A stretch of 62,966 bases of DNA, filler included, from Salisapilia sapeloensis CBS 127946 (GCA_023334545.1; 9 parts of 9 records of this genome joined end to end with filler, not necessarily neighbours in it); one strand, 5' to 3'. Positions 41,441 through 53,691 are shown, counted from the whole stretch's first letter. Notes: generated by a model not told the origin, from the letters alone. A program made the numbers and translations.

Positions 41441-42994
41441 ATGACGATTCAGTGGACGGCAGACACATATGAAGGCTCTTCCCTTTCGGAGACGAAGAAA
41501 GCTGATTACAAGCGCGTCGTGAGGACACTGCTCCATGACGCGCTCCAATATTATCAAAAGTTTGATTCTTCCGCGCCTCGGGAAATGGACAGCAAACGTT
41601 GGAAAGTTATCGATTCATTCAATGACATGACCGTCTATCGTGAGCGGAATCCGACCCGACATGTGGTGAAAGACGTGTGCAATGGCAGTGCTGGATGGCA
41701 AATGCCTTGTGTCATTGTCGGTACTGGGACGCTTGCGCATAATATGGAAGACATCTTATACGGTGTCGCGGGTGGCGATGAGGCAGCATTCTTGCAGAGT
41801 GTCGGCTACTCGGGACAACTTGCATCGAACAGTCAAATCATATCGACGATTGAAACGCCAACGCTAGAGCACCCGTATCGTACTACAGTTCTCGAATGGA
41901 GTTCTGGCTGTCCAAGCCCAGCACTACGAGGCGTCGCCAAAGACAGAGATTGCGTTTACATTCGAGCGAACGGAATCTATCAAGTGGGTGAAGGTGAGCG
42001 CATCGGGTACAACTTTATACATTCAGTTGACTTGCCGTCCACTTGTCCACTTCAAGGACAAGGCATCATACGAGGTCGCGTTTCGTCTTGTATTCTGTTC
42101 AAACAGGTCGCGGACCAATCCGTTGAAGTGTTCATCACAGGCTACTACGAAGTTATCGGAAGCAACTATCCCGAATCGGTCGCCGCCATGATTGCTTCCT
42201 ATCCGCTCACAATTGCCTGGACATCAGGGCAATGTGCGAAGGGAAAGAAGCTCTCGTGGCTTCTTCAGAGAAAAGAATTAGATAAGAATGACGTCGTGGG
42301 GTTGATTGGTATCAGCGACGTTGAAGATAAATCGAACTGTCGAACCTGCAACAAGCGGTTTGGTCCGATGCGCAAAGCTTATCCCTGCACTCTGTGTGAA
42401 TCGTCCGTCTGTGGGAAGTGTATTCTACCGATGGAAGTACTCGATGTCATTCCCAAGCTAAAGCTAGCAAAGAAGAAGGTTCGCCTCTGCCCCAATTGCG
42501 ACCACTTTATTAGCCAAGTTAATCCGTACAAAGTCGCCCAACAAGAAATTCGAGCTGGACGGTATGAAGAAGGCGAAATGTCCACCATTTTAAATTCATC
42601 CAGGGTCTCTCAGCTCATGGAAGGGCCAAGTGCTTTGCTGGACAAGGATACCTATGCAGGTGAAGTCTACGAACTCGGGCCGGAAGAACTTGATACCTCA
42701 GCTCAATCTTCAGTTGAGGCCTTTGCCCGGCTGACATCGTCCAGTGATGGCGTTGAGATGTACAAATACAGAAGACCATCAGACGGGGGCTGTCTCGAAC
42801 GAGGCACTGAAGAAGACGAATACGTTGGTTCAGAAAATCTGATTGCAAACGTGTGGAGGGAAAATATTTCGAATCTTCATTTGAATTACCAAGAGCGCGA
42901 CCGGCAGCTAGCATGGCTAAAGATGACCGAGCTGCGACTACGACAGGACGAATCCGTCGCTCTGGCATTAAAGCTAGAGGAAGGCAACGCGTAA
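41441..42994 (+). CDS. START-like + degenerate FYVE domain protein (oomycete-expanded family)
   Basis: START-like region WKVIDSFNDMTVYRER...GTGTLAHNMEDILYGV...RDCVYIRANG...GYNFIHSVDLP...GIIRGRVS, followed by CRTCNKRFG...CTLCESSVCGKC...LCPNC. The likely start is ATG 41441. Confidence 0.85.
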   Translation: MTIQWTADTYEGSSLSETKKADYKRVVRTLLHDALQYYQKFDSSAPREMDSKRWKVIDSFNDMTVYRERNPTRHVVKDVCNGSAGWQMPCVIVGTGTLAHNMEDILYGVAGGDEAAFLQSVGYSGQLASNSQIISTIETPTLEHPYRTTVLEWSSGCPSPALRGVAKDRDCVYIRANGIYQVGEGERIGYNFIHSVDLPSTCPLQGQGIIRGRVSSCILFKQVADQSVEVFITGYYEVIGSNYPESVAAMIASYPLTIAWTSGQCAKGKKLSWLLQRKELDKNDVVGLIGISDVEDKSNCRTCNKRFGPMRKAYPCTLCESSVCGKCILPMEVLDVIPKLKLAKKKVRLCPNCDHFISQVNPYKVAQQEIRAGRYEEGEMSTILNSSRVSQLMEGPSALLDKDTYAGEVYELGPEELDTSAQSSVEAFARLTSSSDGVEMYKYRRPSDGGCLERGTEEDEYVGSENLIANVWRENISNLHLNYQERDRQLAWLKMTELRLRQDESVALALKLEEGNA

Positions 42995-44505
42995 ATTATG
43001 GAGTTGGTTTCAATAGATATTATCGTTCATGGATACAGGCTCGATAAAAGTTTCATCTGTGGTGATTTACTAGTCAACTTGTTGCCAGTCGATCGAGATG
43101 AAATGTTATACCTACCGAAGTGGTTGCCACTGATAAGCATGCACTTTGAGTGGTCGGTATTTTTCCTTCTAGACTTATCTGGTTCGTTCCTTATCTCTAC
43201 TACGATTCAATCTCCATCAACCGAACCTTGTCGAGCACTCATCATCGGAGTGTTCTATAGCAAACCTGACATACCATATGCCATCTTTATACCATGAGAA
43301 GGATAACCAACTTACGATAAATTGTAAAGTACCAGTGCAACGTAGAAGCTGTAAACATCCATCCAATCAAAGGTGATATCGTCACAGAACTTTGTGAATG
43401 AGACCAAATATCCAACTAGTATCTGCATGAAGATGTCGCCATTGTAGCTATCCTTAGAAAATATCCACATGTGCATGCAAAAGAGAAATTGGGAAACGGT
43501 GGTACATACGAGACATAGCACTAATATGAATACAGACCGCACTCCATATCCAGATTACCATTGATGTAACTTATTTAGATTCCGTGATAGATAGAAAGCT
43601 GCGCATTCGTAGAATCCGAAAATGTTCAACGTGAGCCATATTTGCTTTACACGTGCCGAGATGAAGCGTGAATATTGTCACTAGATCAGATTGTAAGGAC
43701 TGGTATCTCAAGCTCTGCTGATACAACGCATATAGTTCTATAGTTCTTTATAGTCCGTTGTTCATAGTTTAGTCGAAAAGAGAGGAAGTACATGCCGGAA
43801 ATGAACAAGATCCTATCTTTCTTGCTCAAGTGTAGAAATTGCTTCTTTGGGTTGGACAACAAAGGTATAGCGTATTAGAGTAGAAACCAGCTCATCGAAC
43901 TGCTCCGAGTTTAGCAACAATTTAAGCGACTAAGCTCTCCCTAACAGCATAACGTTATTCTCTCCCATTGACTATTCAGACATGAAGTGCGCTGACGTGT
44001 GAATTGTGCGTTAATCTGAGAACGAATGCCGCAATGCAGTTCCATTTAGTCAAGTATACCTTACGGATTTGATCGTATAATTTAATTAGGTGCGTGTATT
44101 GCTCTTAATAGAAATGAACCGAAGCCGTTCGAGTCGTGTGATCAAATGCAAACCCCGATGGAAGAACTACGATCCATGGACAGAGAAGATAGGAAAAGCA
44201 TTATCAATTATAAAGTAGTGTTGAAATGAAGATGCTATAAATCTTGGTTGCTTCACTTTCAATCACTCACTTGGTAATCTACACTCGTCCTAGCCAATAT
44301 TCTATCCTCCATTTGCAAGCTGCTAGTTCCTGAACTATTTCCCTCTTTAAATCATATGCATATCAAGTGGAAACTTGGCCTCACTCCGGTACTTGTATCT
44401 TGACGACACCTCCTTTGATTGGAAAATAATACATTTCAAATACCATCGAATCAACGGTAAGCGGCGCAAGATAAAAGGTATTGCCTATCTCACGCTTGGA
44501 CGGCC

Positions 44506-46391
44506 ATGGCGATCGGCAGGGAGAAGAGGACGAGTGTGAACAAGTTCAAGTCCAATGGCAAAGTCGAACCAGAAAGCCTCGATGAAGAGTTTGCCGATAC
44601 GTACTTTGGACTGATGCAGCTCTACAAGCTACTCGAGGTGCATCATCAAGACCAGCCACTCTTTTTAGCTCGAACGCTCGAGTATCGTCGTGAATGGAGT
44701 CGCACTCAGGCCAAATCGAATGACAAGAAGAAGCCAGCATATACATCGATTTGTGCCGAGGCAAAGTTCCAACATGTACGAGTGGACGGCATTCAACAGA
44801 GTGGCATCGTACTCCACATGACAGCCATGGAGCTAGTTGGGTCTGATCGATACAAGCCTGTGGCAGTGTGCACCGTCAAGTGTAATTGCATCTCTATCTA
44901 GCTAGTCATGAAGTGTGTTTAACGGTCGATTCTAGTGCCGACAGCGAAACCACTGATCTTGGCTCGGACACTACTCCAGCCACAATCGAAAAAGTATGTC
45001 TTCCTACTTCAGTTGGCCGCCATTGATAGCACCATGAAGACCTCTGTTTCATTCGTTCGTGTTTCATCTCCCTCCGTCTCGAAAGACAATATGCTTCATG
45101 CCAAAGTCCACAACCAGCCTCCACTCTACAGCACTCTTCTTTCCATCAATTGCGCCCGGCTTCGATCCACCACGTACCATCTCAAACTAACGTCTCTCCA
45201 ATCGAGCGGGACAGAACCGACGCTACACTTTGCTTTGAGTTGGGATCTCCCCCGACAGCAGCAAAGGAATCGTCTGTCGTCCATCATCCAGTCCAAGTTC
45301 GGCGACCCGACCGCGGCGGAGAAAGAGCTCAAGCCGCCACGTCCGACGTCCACGCCTCTAGCGTTACAGTCTCACAAGTCGGATAGTAAAAAGACAGAAG
45401 TGTGGTTCCACTACCTGTACCACAAGATGCTGCGTCAGGTGAGTGAGAAGGGTGTGGACATGAGCTGCCCTTTGTGCAACCTCTTCTGCGGTACCCTACG
45501 TGGTCTCACGTACCACCTGATTGCCTCTCACAGTCGTCTCAACTTTCAGATCTCGATGAGATCGGATGACATCCCGAACATATATGTCATGAGGCAAAGA
45601 GAGCTGCCGAATGTGCCGACGACGAGCGCAGAGCCATGGGAGCTCGAGTTCCGAGGAGACAAGAGTTCGGCTCAGAGCGAGCAGCCTCAGCTCCATTTGA
45701 CAAATCGAAAGTATGCGCATCTCGTTGGTGCTCGACGACGAGTGCAAGAGGTGGAGGGTATGAGCGAGTATGAAGAGATGGCCGAGCTGGAAGATAAGCC
45801 AGAAGTAGTGGAGGCTCTGCGTCAGCGCCAGTACTTCCATTCTCGCACAGGTGCGGTGGTTCTCCCGAGTGAGAAAGATTATGACAGTGACGATGATGTG
45901 GACGAAGAGTGGTTGGTCCAACAGAGCGAAAAGGTACGATGGATAGTATGTTGTTCATAAGCTCCAGCTGACAGAAAAGATAGCTGCTGGATGAGTTTGA
46001 AGACGTGACGTTGGAAGAGAAAGCGTTCATGAAGCGCTGGAATCGTCACTTGCATCAGAACAAGTAAAACTATCACTAGTAGTGCATGAACGAGGTCTCT
46101 AATGTGCGTATAGGATCATGGGTGACTTTATGGTCGCGTCTTCGTGTCGATTATTTGCCAAGGAGAATGCCCACTGGTACGCTCTTCTTTTTTTGCCGAT
46201 AGAACTTTTATAATGATGGTTTCCGACGCATTTGTGATAGGCTCAAGGAGCACAACTTGCGGGACAACTTCCTCCTGCACCTGCTCAATTTATTCGACAA
46301 CTCTGTTATCAACAACCGTACAATCCTGGACTGCATGCTCATCGTCGACAACATTGATGTACTTGCACTCTCTTGCTTACCTCATAGATAG
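44506..46391 (+). CDS. SUZ12: Polycomb PRC2 subunit SUZ12/EMF2-like (C2H2 finger + VEFS box), multi-exon
   Basis: C2H2 finger CPLCNLFCGTLRGLTYHLIASHSRLNF. VEFS box after splicing: RQYFHSRTG...DSDDDVDEEWL/LLDEFEDVTLEEKAFMKRWNRHL/IMGDFMVASSCRLFA/LRDNFLLHLLNLFDNSVI. Confidence 0.9.
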
Positions 46392-46532
46392 CGTACTGAA
46401 TGCTGTGATAGGAGCTACCGAATGGCAGAAGCGCCACCGACTGAGTCGTCTCTAGTGAACAGTACAAGGAGATCGTTGAATGAGGAATGTATATGCATGT
46501 TGCTTTTTCAACGCTATTTGTTCGTCTATAGC

Positions 46533-46917
46533 TTAGCTAGATTTATCCTCTTCTTTATGGTGCTGACAGTGCGCATGCTTGAGCTCTCGTCGACGCTGGC
46601 GACGTTTCTTGCTCTCTTCATCCGAATCGTCCTCTCCACTTTCGCTCGAGCTCTCGCCAAACTCTCGCTTCTTATGGAAGATGCAGCAACCTGGTAATAC
46701 AGTTAGCTTGACATCCAACAAATAGGAGGTATGATAGTAGCTGCCTACTTTTGGACTTTTTGCGACCGAGATGCTCATTGTCCACGACGTTCGAGTCGAA
46801 CGTCACGTGCGGTCGTGGCTGGAGACGAACATTATACGACTCAGAGGCTTGCTCTTGCTGGTTCTCCGTCGATACTTGAGAACTCGGCGGCGGTGCTTGG
46901 CGATTCAAAGTACTCAT
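46533..46917 (-). CDS. PPP1R11: Protein phosphatase 1 inhibitor-3 (PPP1R11/Ypi1), 2 exons
   Basis: RPHVTFDSNVVDNEHLGRKKSK/SCCIFHK is the family signature. The intron runs GTAGGC...GCTAAC...CCAG. Confidence 0.92.
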
Positions 46918-48146
46918 TCGCGTCTGCTTCGAATTGGTTTCTTATGTCGATCGTGGCTTCGACTGAGACGACCGACAACACAAAACCTACCAACGGTAAA
47001 GTATACAAATAAAAGGACAAAGCAGTCATTTTTGTGGTGGTCGAAAAAAGATCTTTAAAAGTCGGACACTATGCAGAACTGGAGATGCATGCGCTTGAGG
47101 TTTGTATCGCCTACGACGGTATCCGCAAACAACATACCGTTTACATGTATGACCATTGACTGTGTGTTATAAGAACATATTCAATAATTGGCAGCGTACA
47201 TCTTGCACTATACCTTCGAGCACGTGCACCGTCGGTACGATATACCCTTCGGATTTGATCGTTAGAACGTAGCATCGAATGACATCTTTTGGGATACCAA
47301 ATCCTCCTCTGGAATAGAGAAAATCGAGAGTAGATAGAGGGGATGCTGGTAGTTTTGTCTTGGATGTGATGATCACCGCCATGGTTCCACTCAAACCATG
47401 TCCTGTAAGAACGACTTAACTACTGTTGCTGTCATAGCAGTATTTTCACTTTCATGAGCAAGTTTGCATAGACGGGAAGAGGCATCAATGCTGTCACGTT
47501 CTGCAATGAAGGCAAATTGACGATCGTTTGCACCGGTGGTACTTTAGAAAACGCACAGTGGTGATTAACGTTCACATGACAACAACTCCGGAGTAAAAAT
47601 CTTCCAGAACTTCTATAATATCTTCACTATAGCAAACGGCTATCAGACTCATCTCTATAGTGCTATAACGAATGTCGAAGCATATCAACGAGTCTTCACC
47701 AGGAAAGTTTTGATCTACTACGCTCCAATCAGGAATAGAAGACCCGTTATAGCGCTTCTCAAGCTACTTGCAGCCGTGTTTACGGGCTCTTAAGGCATGC
47801 AGTACATACGAATAGAGCAGATTCTACGAAGGTAAATAGAAATAGGAAGTAGCAAATACGGGGCGTGCCAAGAGATCCGCAGTAAGGGAGTGAAGAGCGT
47901 CACCATCAAAATCGCAAAGGACAAATTAAGCAGTCCAAAGCACACGACCAAAGACAAGCAGCCTAAGCAGAGCTGAAGTAGCATTTATTGATATGCCCTC
48001 GCTTCCTGTATATCTTGCAACTTGGGATGTTCCAACTAAAGGCCGACCATCAAGATCGAAACTATGCAATGGAAAGTTCGTTAATTATCCAGAAGCATTG
48101 TAAATTACATGCGCACGAAGATTAGCCACAATTTCCCAAGACGAAT

Positions 48147-48770
48147 ATGCGCCTTGTATCAGCCTTTACGCGTTCGGTAGCTCAGTCTAGAGCATGCTCG
48201 CCCCTCTTTCGATACTACTCGAGAAATGTCGACAGCCAAGTGCAAAAGCTTAAAACTGACGAAGCGTATCAACAACTAACGAAGGAGAATGGCTCGAAAT
48301 CGATTGTGTACTTCACAGCCTCGTGGTGTCCGCCATGCAAGAAGATTTCTCCAATCTTTGACGAACTCAGGTAATACACTAGTGCCAAGTGCACTTTATA
48401 TCGAGCTGAACATGGATACTGAATGATGTCAATACAGCACAAAGTATGACAATATTTCTTTTGCCAAGCTGGATGTAGACGAATTGGATGCCACTACGTC
48501 CAAGGCAGGCGTTCGAGTAAGATTATATTAACACATTGCACAATGGGCAATGCTTTCAGGCTTCATTCTATACTCACTTTAAAGCCATAGTCGATGCCAA
48601 CCTTCCTCAGCTTTCACAATGGCAATTGGCTTCGACAACTCTCGGTACAACATTGAAATGGATAGCAACTCGTCCACAATTGCTAACATCAACGCTGCTA
48701 TTAATAGTTCGCTGGTGAAGATGAAGCCCTATTACGCGATTATGTCCAGAAGCTAAGCGACACAGAATAA
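48147..48770 (+). CDS. Thioredoxin with probable mitochondrial presequence, multi-exon
   Basis: Arg/Ser-rich N-terminus, then YFTASWCPPCKKISPIFDEL/...FAKLDVDEL...GVR/SMPTF.../FAGEDEALLRDYVQKLSDTE*. Confidence 0.85.
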
Positions 48771-48798
48771 AACCAACAGAAAAGGCTTCTAATGTGAC

Positions 48799-48954
48799 TC
48801 ATCTCTGCTTGTATGCATTCTTTGCTTCCAGAACTTGTTGTCTGAGTATCTTGGCAGCCTCGGTGGGGTCATGCTTGCTGCTGATGGCTGCGATGACTGC
48901 CACGCCATTCGCAAACCCGTCGTAGATGCACTTTTGGACTTTGTTTTCGGTTTC
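48799..48954 (-). CDS. thiE: C-terminal fragment of thiamine-phosphate synthase, copy 2 (ends ...EAKNAYKQR*)
   Basis: Identical to copy 1 over 141 bp, with different last codons and a TGA at 48801-48799. Confidence 0.7.
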   Translation of the reverse strand, partial: ETENKVQKCIYDGFANGVAVIAAISSKHDPTEAAKILRQQVLEAKNAYKQR

Positions 48955-49054
48955 NNNNNNNNNNNNNNNNNNNNNNNNNNNNNNNNNNNNNNNNNNNNTT
49001 AATTAATTAANNNNNNNNNNNNNNNNNNNNNNNNNNNNNNNNNNNNNNNNNNNN

Positions 49055-50453
49055 CCTAGTGGAAAAGGGTGCGGATGTGAATGCTTCTACAAATAATGGA
49101 GGGACTCCCCTCATTGTAGCAACTCAGGAAGGTCAGTTGGATGTAGTTCGTTTCCTAGTAGAAGCTGGTGCGAATGCAAATGCTTCTGATGCGGACGGAC
49201 GGACTCCCCTCATTGTAGCAACTCAGGACAGTCACTTGGATGTGATTCGTTTCCTAGTAGAAGCTGGTGCGAATGTGAATGCGGTTAACACGAACGGAGA
49301 GACATCACTCTATATGGCCTCTTACAACAGTCACTTAGATGTGGTTCGTTTCCTACTGGATGCGGGTGCGGATGCGAATGCTTCTGATACGGATGGATGG
49401 ACTCCTCTCGGTCTAGCAGCTCAGAACGGTCACTTGGATGTGGTTCGCGTCCTATTGGATGCGGGTGCCGATGTGAATGCTTCTGCAAATAATGGAGGGA
49501 CTCCTCTCATTCCAGCAGCTTTTAAAGGTCACATGGATATGGTTCGGTTTTTAGTCAATAAGGGTGCGGATGTGAATACTTCTATGAATAATGGACGAAC
49601 TCCTCTCATTCTAGCGGCTCAGGAAGGTCACTTGGATGTGGTTCGTTTCCTAGTCGATATGGCTGCGGATATAGAATGTTGTGACTTCAGCGGTAAGACG
49701 GCGTTGTCGCACTTAATTTCACTTGGAGAATATCCCGCAGCAAGGCACCTTTTGTTTTCCGGTGCACGAGTTATCCAGGAGAATCAGCAAGTCGAATTTA
49801 GTGAGGTGGAAAAGTTCGTACAGTTTGCTATTAAAAACGGAGATAAGAAACTCGTGCAAATTTTGCTGGAAGAAAGTTTCTGCTCAGAACCGTCGACTGA
49901 GCAACGGGGAAGTCTTTTCTGCCATGCTACCCGAGGTGGCAACCTTGAGATAATAGACCTTTTGCTTAAGTATTGCCCGTCGCTAGAGAAGATCAACAAG
50001 TTTCTTTTGCTGCATTTGTGCAAGGATGATAGGATTGGCGGGCGACTTCTTCAGCACGGCTACCACTATGCAGAACGAGATGAAGATGGCCGCGATGCAC
50101 TCATTCATCATGCACGAAAGGGAAATGTTACTATGGTGCAACTATTGCTAGAATCTAGTGCTCCAGTTAACAACATCGACTGGCGAGGACACACAGCGCT
50201 CCATCTCTGTCGGGGTATGAAAATTGCAGAACTACTTGTAGATACTGGCGCGTCATTGAATGCTCGTGATGATCAAGGAAATACGCCATTGCTTTCCCTT
50301 AGCGGCGGTCAAACTACAGATACTGATGCTGCACACTTACACGAAGAAATTCCTCGGATTGTACATTTCTTACTGGAAAAAGGTGCGAACATGTCAGCAC
50401 GGAATAACGAAGGACAGACCGCGCTATTAAGGGTCATGACTTTACGCCCTCCA
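49055..50453 (+). CDS. Ankyrin-repeat protein, open at both contig ends
   Basis: At least six near-identical 33-aa repeats (GxTPLIxAxQxGHLDVVRFLVxAGADxNA), followed by divergent repeats; no stop codon on the contig. Confidence 0.9.
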
Positions 50454-50553
50454 NNNNNNNNNNNNNNNNNNNNNNNNNNNNNNNNNNNNNNNNNNNNTTA
50501 ATTAATTAANNNNNNNNNNNNNNNNNNNNNNNNNNNNNNNNNNNNNNNNNNNN

Positions 50554-50709
50554 AAGGTGTCAGCGAGAGATCTTGTACAATTCGTGCCATTCAGCAAGTA
50601 CCGAGACGATCCGACACGTCTAGCGAAGGAGGCGTTGGCGGAGATTCCTGCTCAGGTATCTCAGTACTTCAAGATCAAGAACATTCAGCCAAGGATTATT
50701 CGTGGCTAG
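50554..50709 (+). CDS. Copine (C2-vWA) C-terminal fragment
   Basis: Translation KVSARDLVQFVPFSKYRDDPTRLAKEALAEIPAQVSQYFKIKNIQPRIIRG*. RDxVQFVPF...LAEIP is the copine signature. Absent from the ORF track. Confidence 0.9.
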   Translation, partial: KVSARDLVQFVPFSKYRDDPTRLAKEALAEIPAQVSQYFKIKNIQPRIIRG

Positions 50710-51793
50710 TGGACGTTGACGGTCATAACGGTTCCGCGTGGGTTCTCATCTTCGATAAGTGCTATGTTTCGAGAGCATTTTGCGAAATCCACATTTTTCA
50801 TTTTAATTGTGTTGCGTTAAGTTTTTTCTCTTCTCAAGGCAGCATATTACTTAGTGGTATTGCTGTTGGAGAGTGCTAGTGTCCAAATAAGGCAATTATG
50901 AAACGGTTTCTTACTTTGATACATTATAACATTACGCTATGCTTGCTCAATACGGATATTATGTAGACTTGAAATTGAGTGCTTTCCCATGATTATAGAG
51001 TACTTTCATGCTTAGAACTATTCAATGGGGGAATCAAAGTATAAAGATCGCGCAGAAGTGATTAGTAGTCTGTACCTATGATTACCTTCACCGGGCTACA
51101 GAATTGTCGGACCTTCCAGATTATCAACATCCAATATGTCCAGATCAGTTACCTTCGGAGGTAGCTGATGAAAAATATAAAAATCAGACGACCAAAACAT
51201 CAGTGCTCAAGACATGAACTCATAAGACAATTTTCGGCAACTTTGACACCCCTATTGCTCAGGATAGGAAGACCTGTAGATTTCCATTGCTCTTTCTTTT
51301 TCATTTTGGATATCCTGTAGCCAGTAGTGTTTAACGGAAATGATAAATTCGCAGGAGTAAATGATATATGAATGGTTTGAAGGTTAAGATTTTTGCGTAC
51401 TCTGTCGCAAGTGCTCCGAGAAAACTTAGCGATAGTAGCCATATCTAAAGTTCACACATACCTGCACGATTTTATCAATTCGTTGAAGTACGATTCTAGC
51501 GACGCCATGTTTATAATAATATAAATTGATCGACGAGTTTTATACTTAATACCCTCTTTATAATAATAAATCAATTTAAAAAGGTAGAACAGGATATATT
51601 CAACGATCGGTCTCGCGATACCAACTTCTTGGCGGACTTCTTGGCGATTGCCAGCCGAAAAGCCTGACTTACAAGCCATTCTATTCATACTTGGTCCTAA
51701 GTTCAAACGCCTCCTGCTACACTCGGTTTCTCGGTGCAATTTCAATTCAGCCACGAGCAAATCCAAAGAAAAGAGAAAGAATTCGCATAAATC

Positions 51794-52704
51794 ATGCTGA
51801 AAGGAACAGACGAGCGTGCAGCTCTCTTAGGCCAGTCTGCACACCATAAGCGCGACTCGAACCGCTTCGCGCTTGTAGTTGCCATTAACGTTGTACTACT
51901 CCTCGGTCTTGCGTACACTGTGTATGTGTCACAGCAAACATTGGCACTGATCGAATCACAAGATAGTGCAACTACAAGACTTGCGCAATATACTGCCGCA
52001 TTGGACAAACCACCACCCACATTGCCATTCACAAGCAATAGCGACGTTAAGAGTGATGCCAAAGTATTAGTAGTATATGCCAATGGGCCACACTTGGATA
52101 AGCTGACTAATGCGGTCGTGGAAGGCATATCCTCGGTCCTGGTCAACAAGTCTGATGTCCGTACTCGACCTGTTTCGAATGCATCATTCACAGAAGACGT
52201 TCTATGGGCTGATGCAGTTATACTAGGTAGTCATGTGATTAACGCCAACGTCGAACCCAAGGTCCATGATCGGTTTAATCTGTATTTCGCTCTATGGAAA
52301 CTGACGTACTATTAACGAAGTAGATGACTGAGTTCCTCAAGACCTGGTCTCTGCAAGCAGACTTAAGCCACAAGATCGGTGCTGTGTTCGTGACTGGCGG
52401 AGGCATTTCTGCTGGAGAAGAGTTGACGATGGTGAATTTGCTGCACTCGATGATGATCTTTCGCATGATCATCGTGGGCGGCGAAAAGTGGACGAGTGCA
52501 TTTGGAGCGTCGGCAGTTGTTGCGGAGGGGCCTTTCAAGTCGTGGCAATCGGATGAGGAGGATCATCTATCATCGCTTGTGTGTCATCCTAGCGATCCGA
52601 ATGATATCTCTGACATATTCCGAAGTAAGGCGATTGGACTGGGTAAACGTGTGGCTTCCCTGGCTTCCTTGCTACACGAACATGTTGCCAAGGCCCACTT
52701 ATAA
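51794..52704 (+). CDS. Membrane-anchored flavodoxin-like/WrbA-family oxidoreductase, 2 exons
   Basis: N-terminal TM helix (FALVVAINVVLLLGLAYTVYV), then KVLVVY...WADAVILGS...KIGAVFVTGGGISAGEE...SMMIFRMIIVGG...FGAS. An intron (GTCCAT...CTGAC...TAG) joins EPK to MTEF in frame. Confidence 0.8.
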
Positions 52705-52797
52705 ACGCGGTTGCGTAAAAGCACGTTTTACTAAGCTCTAAAGTTTTATCATTGTTAAAGTATCCGCAAATCCATCAAGTTGGCGCATGCAACTGTT

Positions 52798-53691
52798 CTA
52801 AGCACTCGATGTGCTTTTTTCGTATTGACTGAGGTATCTAGTGGATGTCTCAAACGTCCAGAAAGTAATGGCAGCACCTGGAACACCTCGAGAGAACGCA
52901 GCTTGCCACCCTCGGAACAAATGGGATACGCCGTGCTGTCGGACAAGGCGAGAGGCGGTTTGGATGGTACCTCCACGGGCCTTGGCGTCAGTCTCGACTT
53001 GGATGAGCGATTTGATGGTATCGAACGGGAGCGCAATGGACCAAAAGCTGATTCCCCCCGCAGCCCCAGACAGGAGCAGCACACTCGTGTCTCCGAATGC
53101 TTCTGTGCTACCGAGATGAGCTTTTGCAGATTCGTATCCTAGAAAGTAGCATGCAACGCCTAGCGAATCGCGCAATATAGTTGTGATGACACCTCTCCAT
53201 AGCGACAGCACACCTTCGGTCTTGACCACTTTAGCAAGACAGTCTATCGCCCCACCATATTTCCGACTGGCGTTAGTCTCGTCGAACTGGACTTGCAGTC
53301 GATTGCGCACGAGTTCGACAGGTGTCACGAGGAAGGAGTTGACTGCGCCAGCAATCGCGCCGCCGATCAAGGAGACGCTCGAAGGCGTTAGGTGGGAATA
53401 AAAGGGCATAGTAGGAAGAACATCCGTGCGTAGTGCGGAGGAAGTGGTGAAGATGACGGACTTGTAGACTGCCTGGCTAAAAAATGGCGGCAAGAACCCT
53501 TTATAAAGGCCAGCGACGGACTCTTGCCGGATCGTCCGTGATGCGCAATGGACGAACCCCCGGAATCGAGATGGCGACGTCTGAAGTCTCGTACGGATCG
53601 TATCGAAGGGATGACAGACGACCACACTTGCCATGCCTGACACAGAGCCCGCGAGCACCGAGCGCGTCCATGGCGAGATGCGGATGTCCAT
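52798..53691 (-). CDS. Mitochondrial carrier (SLC25), carnitine/ornithine-carrier-like
   Basis: Three PxD/ExxK/R signatures (HPFDTIRTRLQ, TPVELVRNRLQ, LPFDTIKSLIQ); 297 aa. Confidence 0.95.
   Translation of the reverse strand: MDIRISPWTRSVLAGSVSGMASVVVCHPFDTIRTRLQTSPSRFRGFVHCASRTIRQESVAGLYKGFLPPFFSQAVYKSVIFTTSSALRTDVLPTMPFYSHLTPSSVSLIGGAIAGAVNSFLVTPVELVRNRLQVQFDETNASRKYGGAIDCLAKVVKTEGVLSLWRGVITTILRDSLGVACYFLGYESAKAHLGSTEAFGDTSVLLLSGAAGGISFWSIALPFDTIKSLIQVETDAKARGGTIQTASRLVRQHGVSHLFRGWQAAFSRGVPGAAITFWTFETSTRYLSQYEKSTSSA

Larger units (their letters stand above)
34235..48954. repeat. 141-bp perfect inverted repeat at both contig ends (34235-34375 and 48814-48954)
   Basis: Direct comparison shows the arms are exact reverse complements up to AAGAATGCA and then diverge. 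Confidence 0.95.

Noticed and set aside
47167-47560. LYSRGGFGIP motif reminiscent of a LINE reverse-transcriptase thumb
   Set aside because: It is one short motif with no YADD core or other RT blocks; a profile search is needed.
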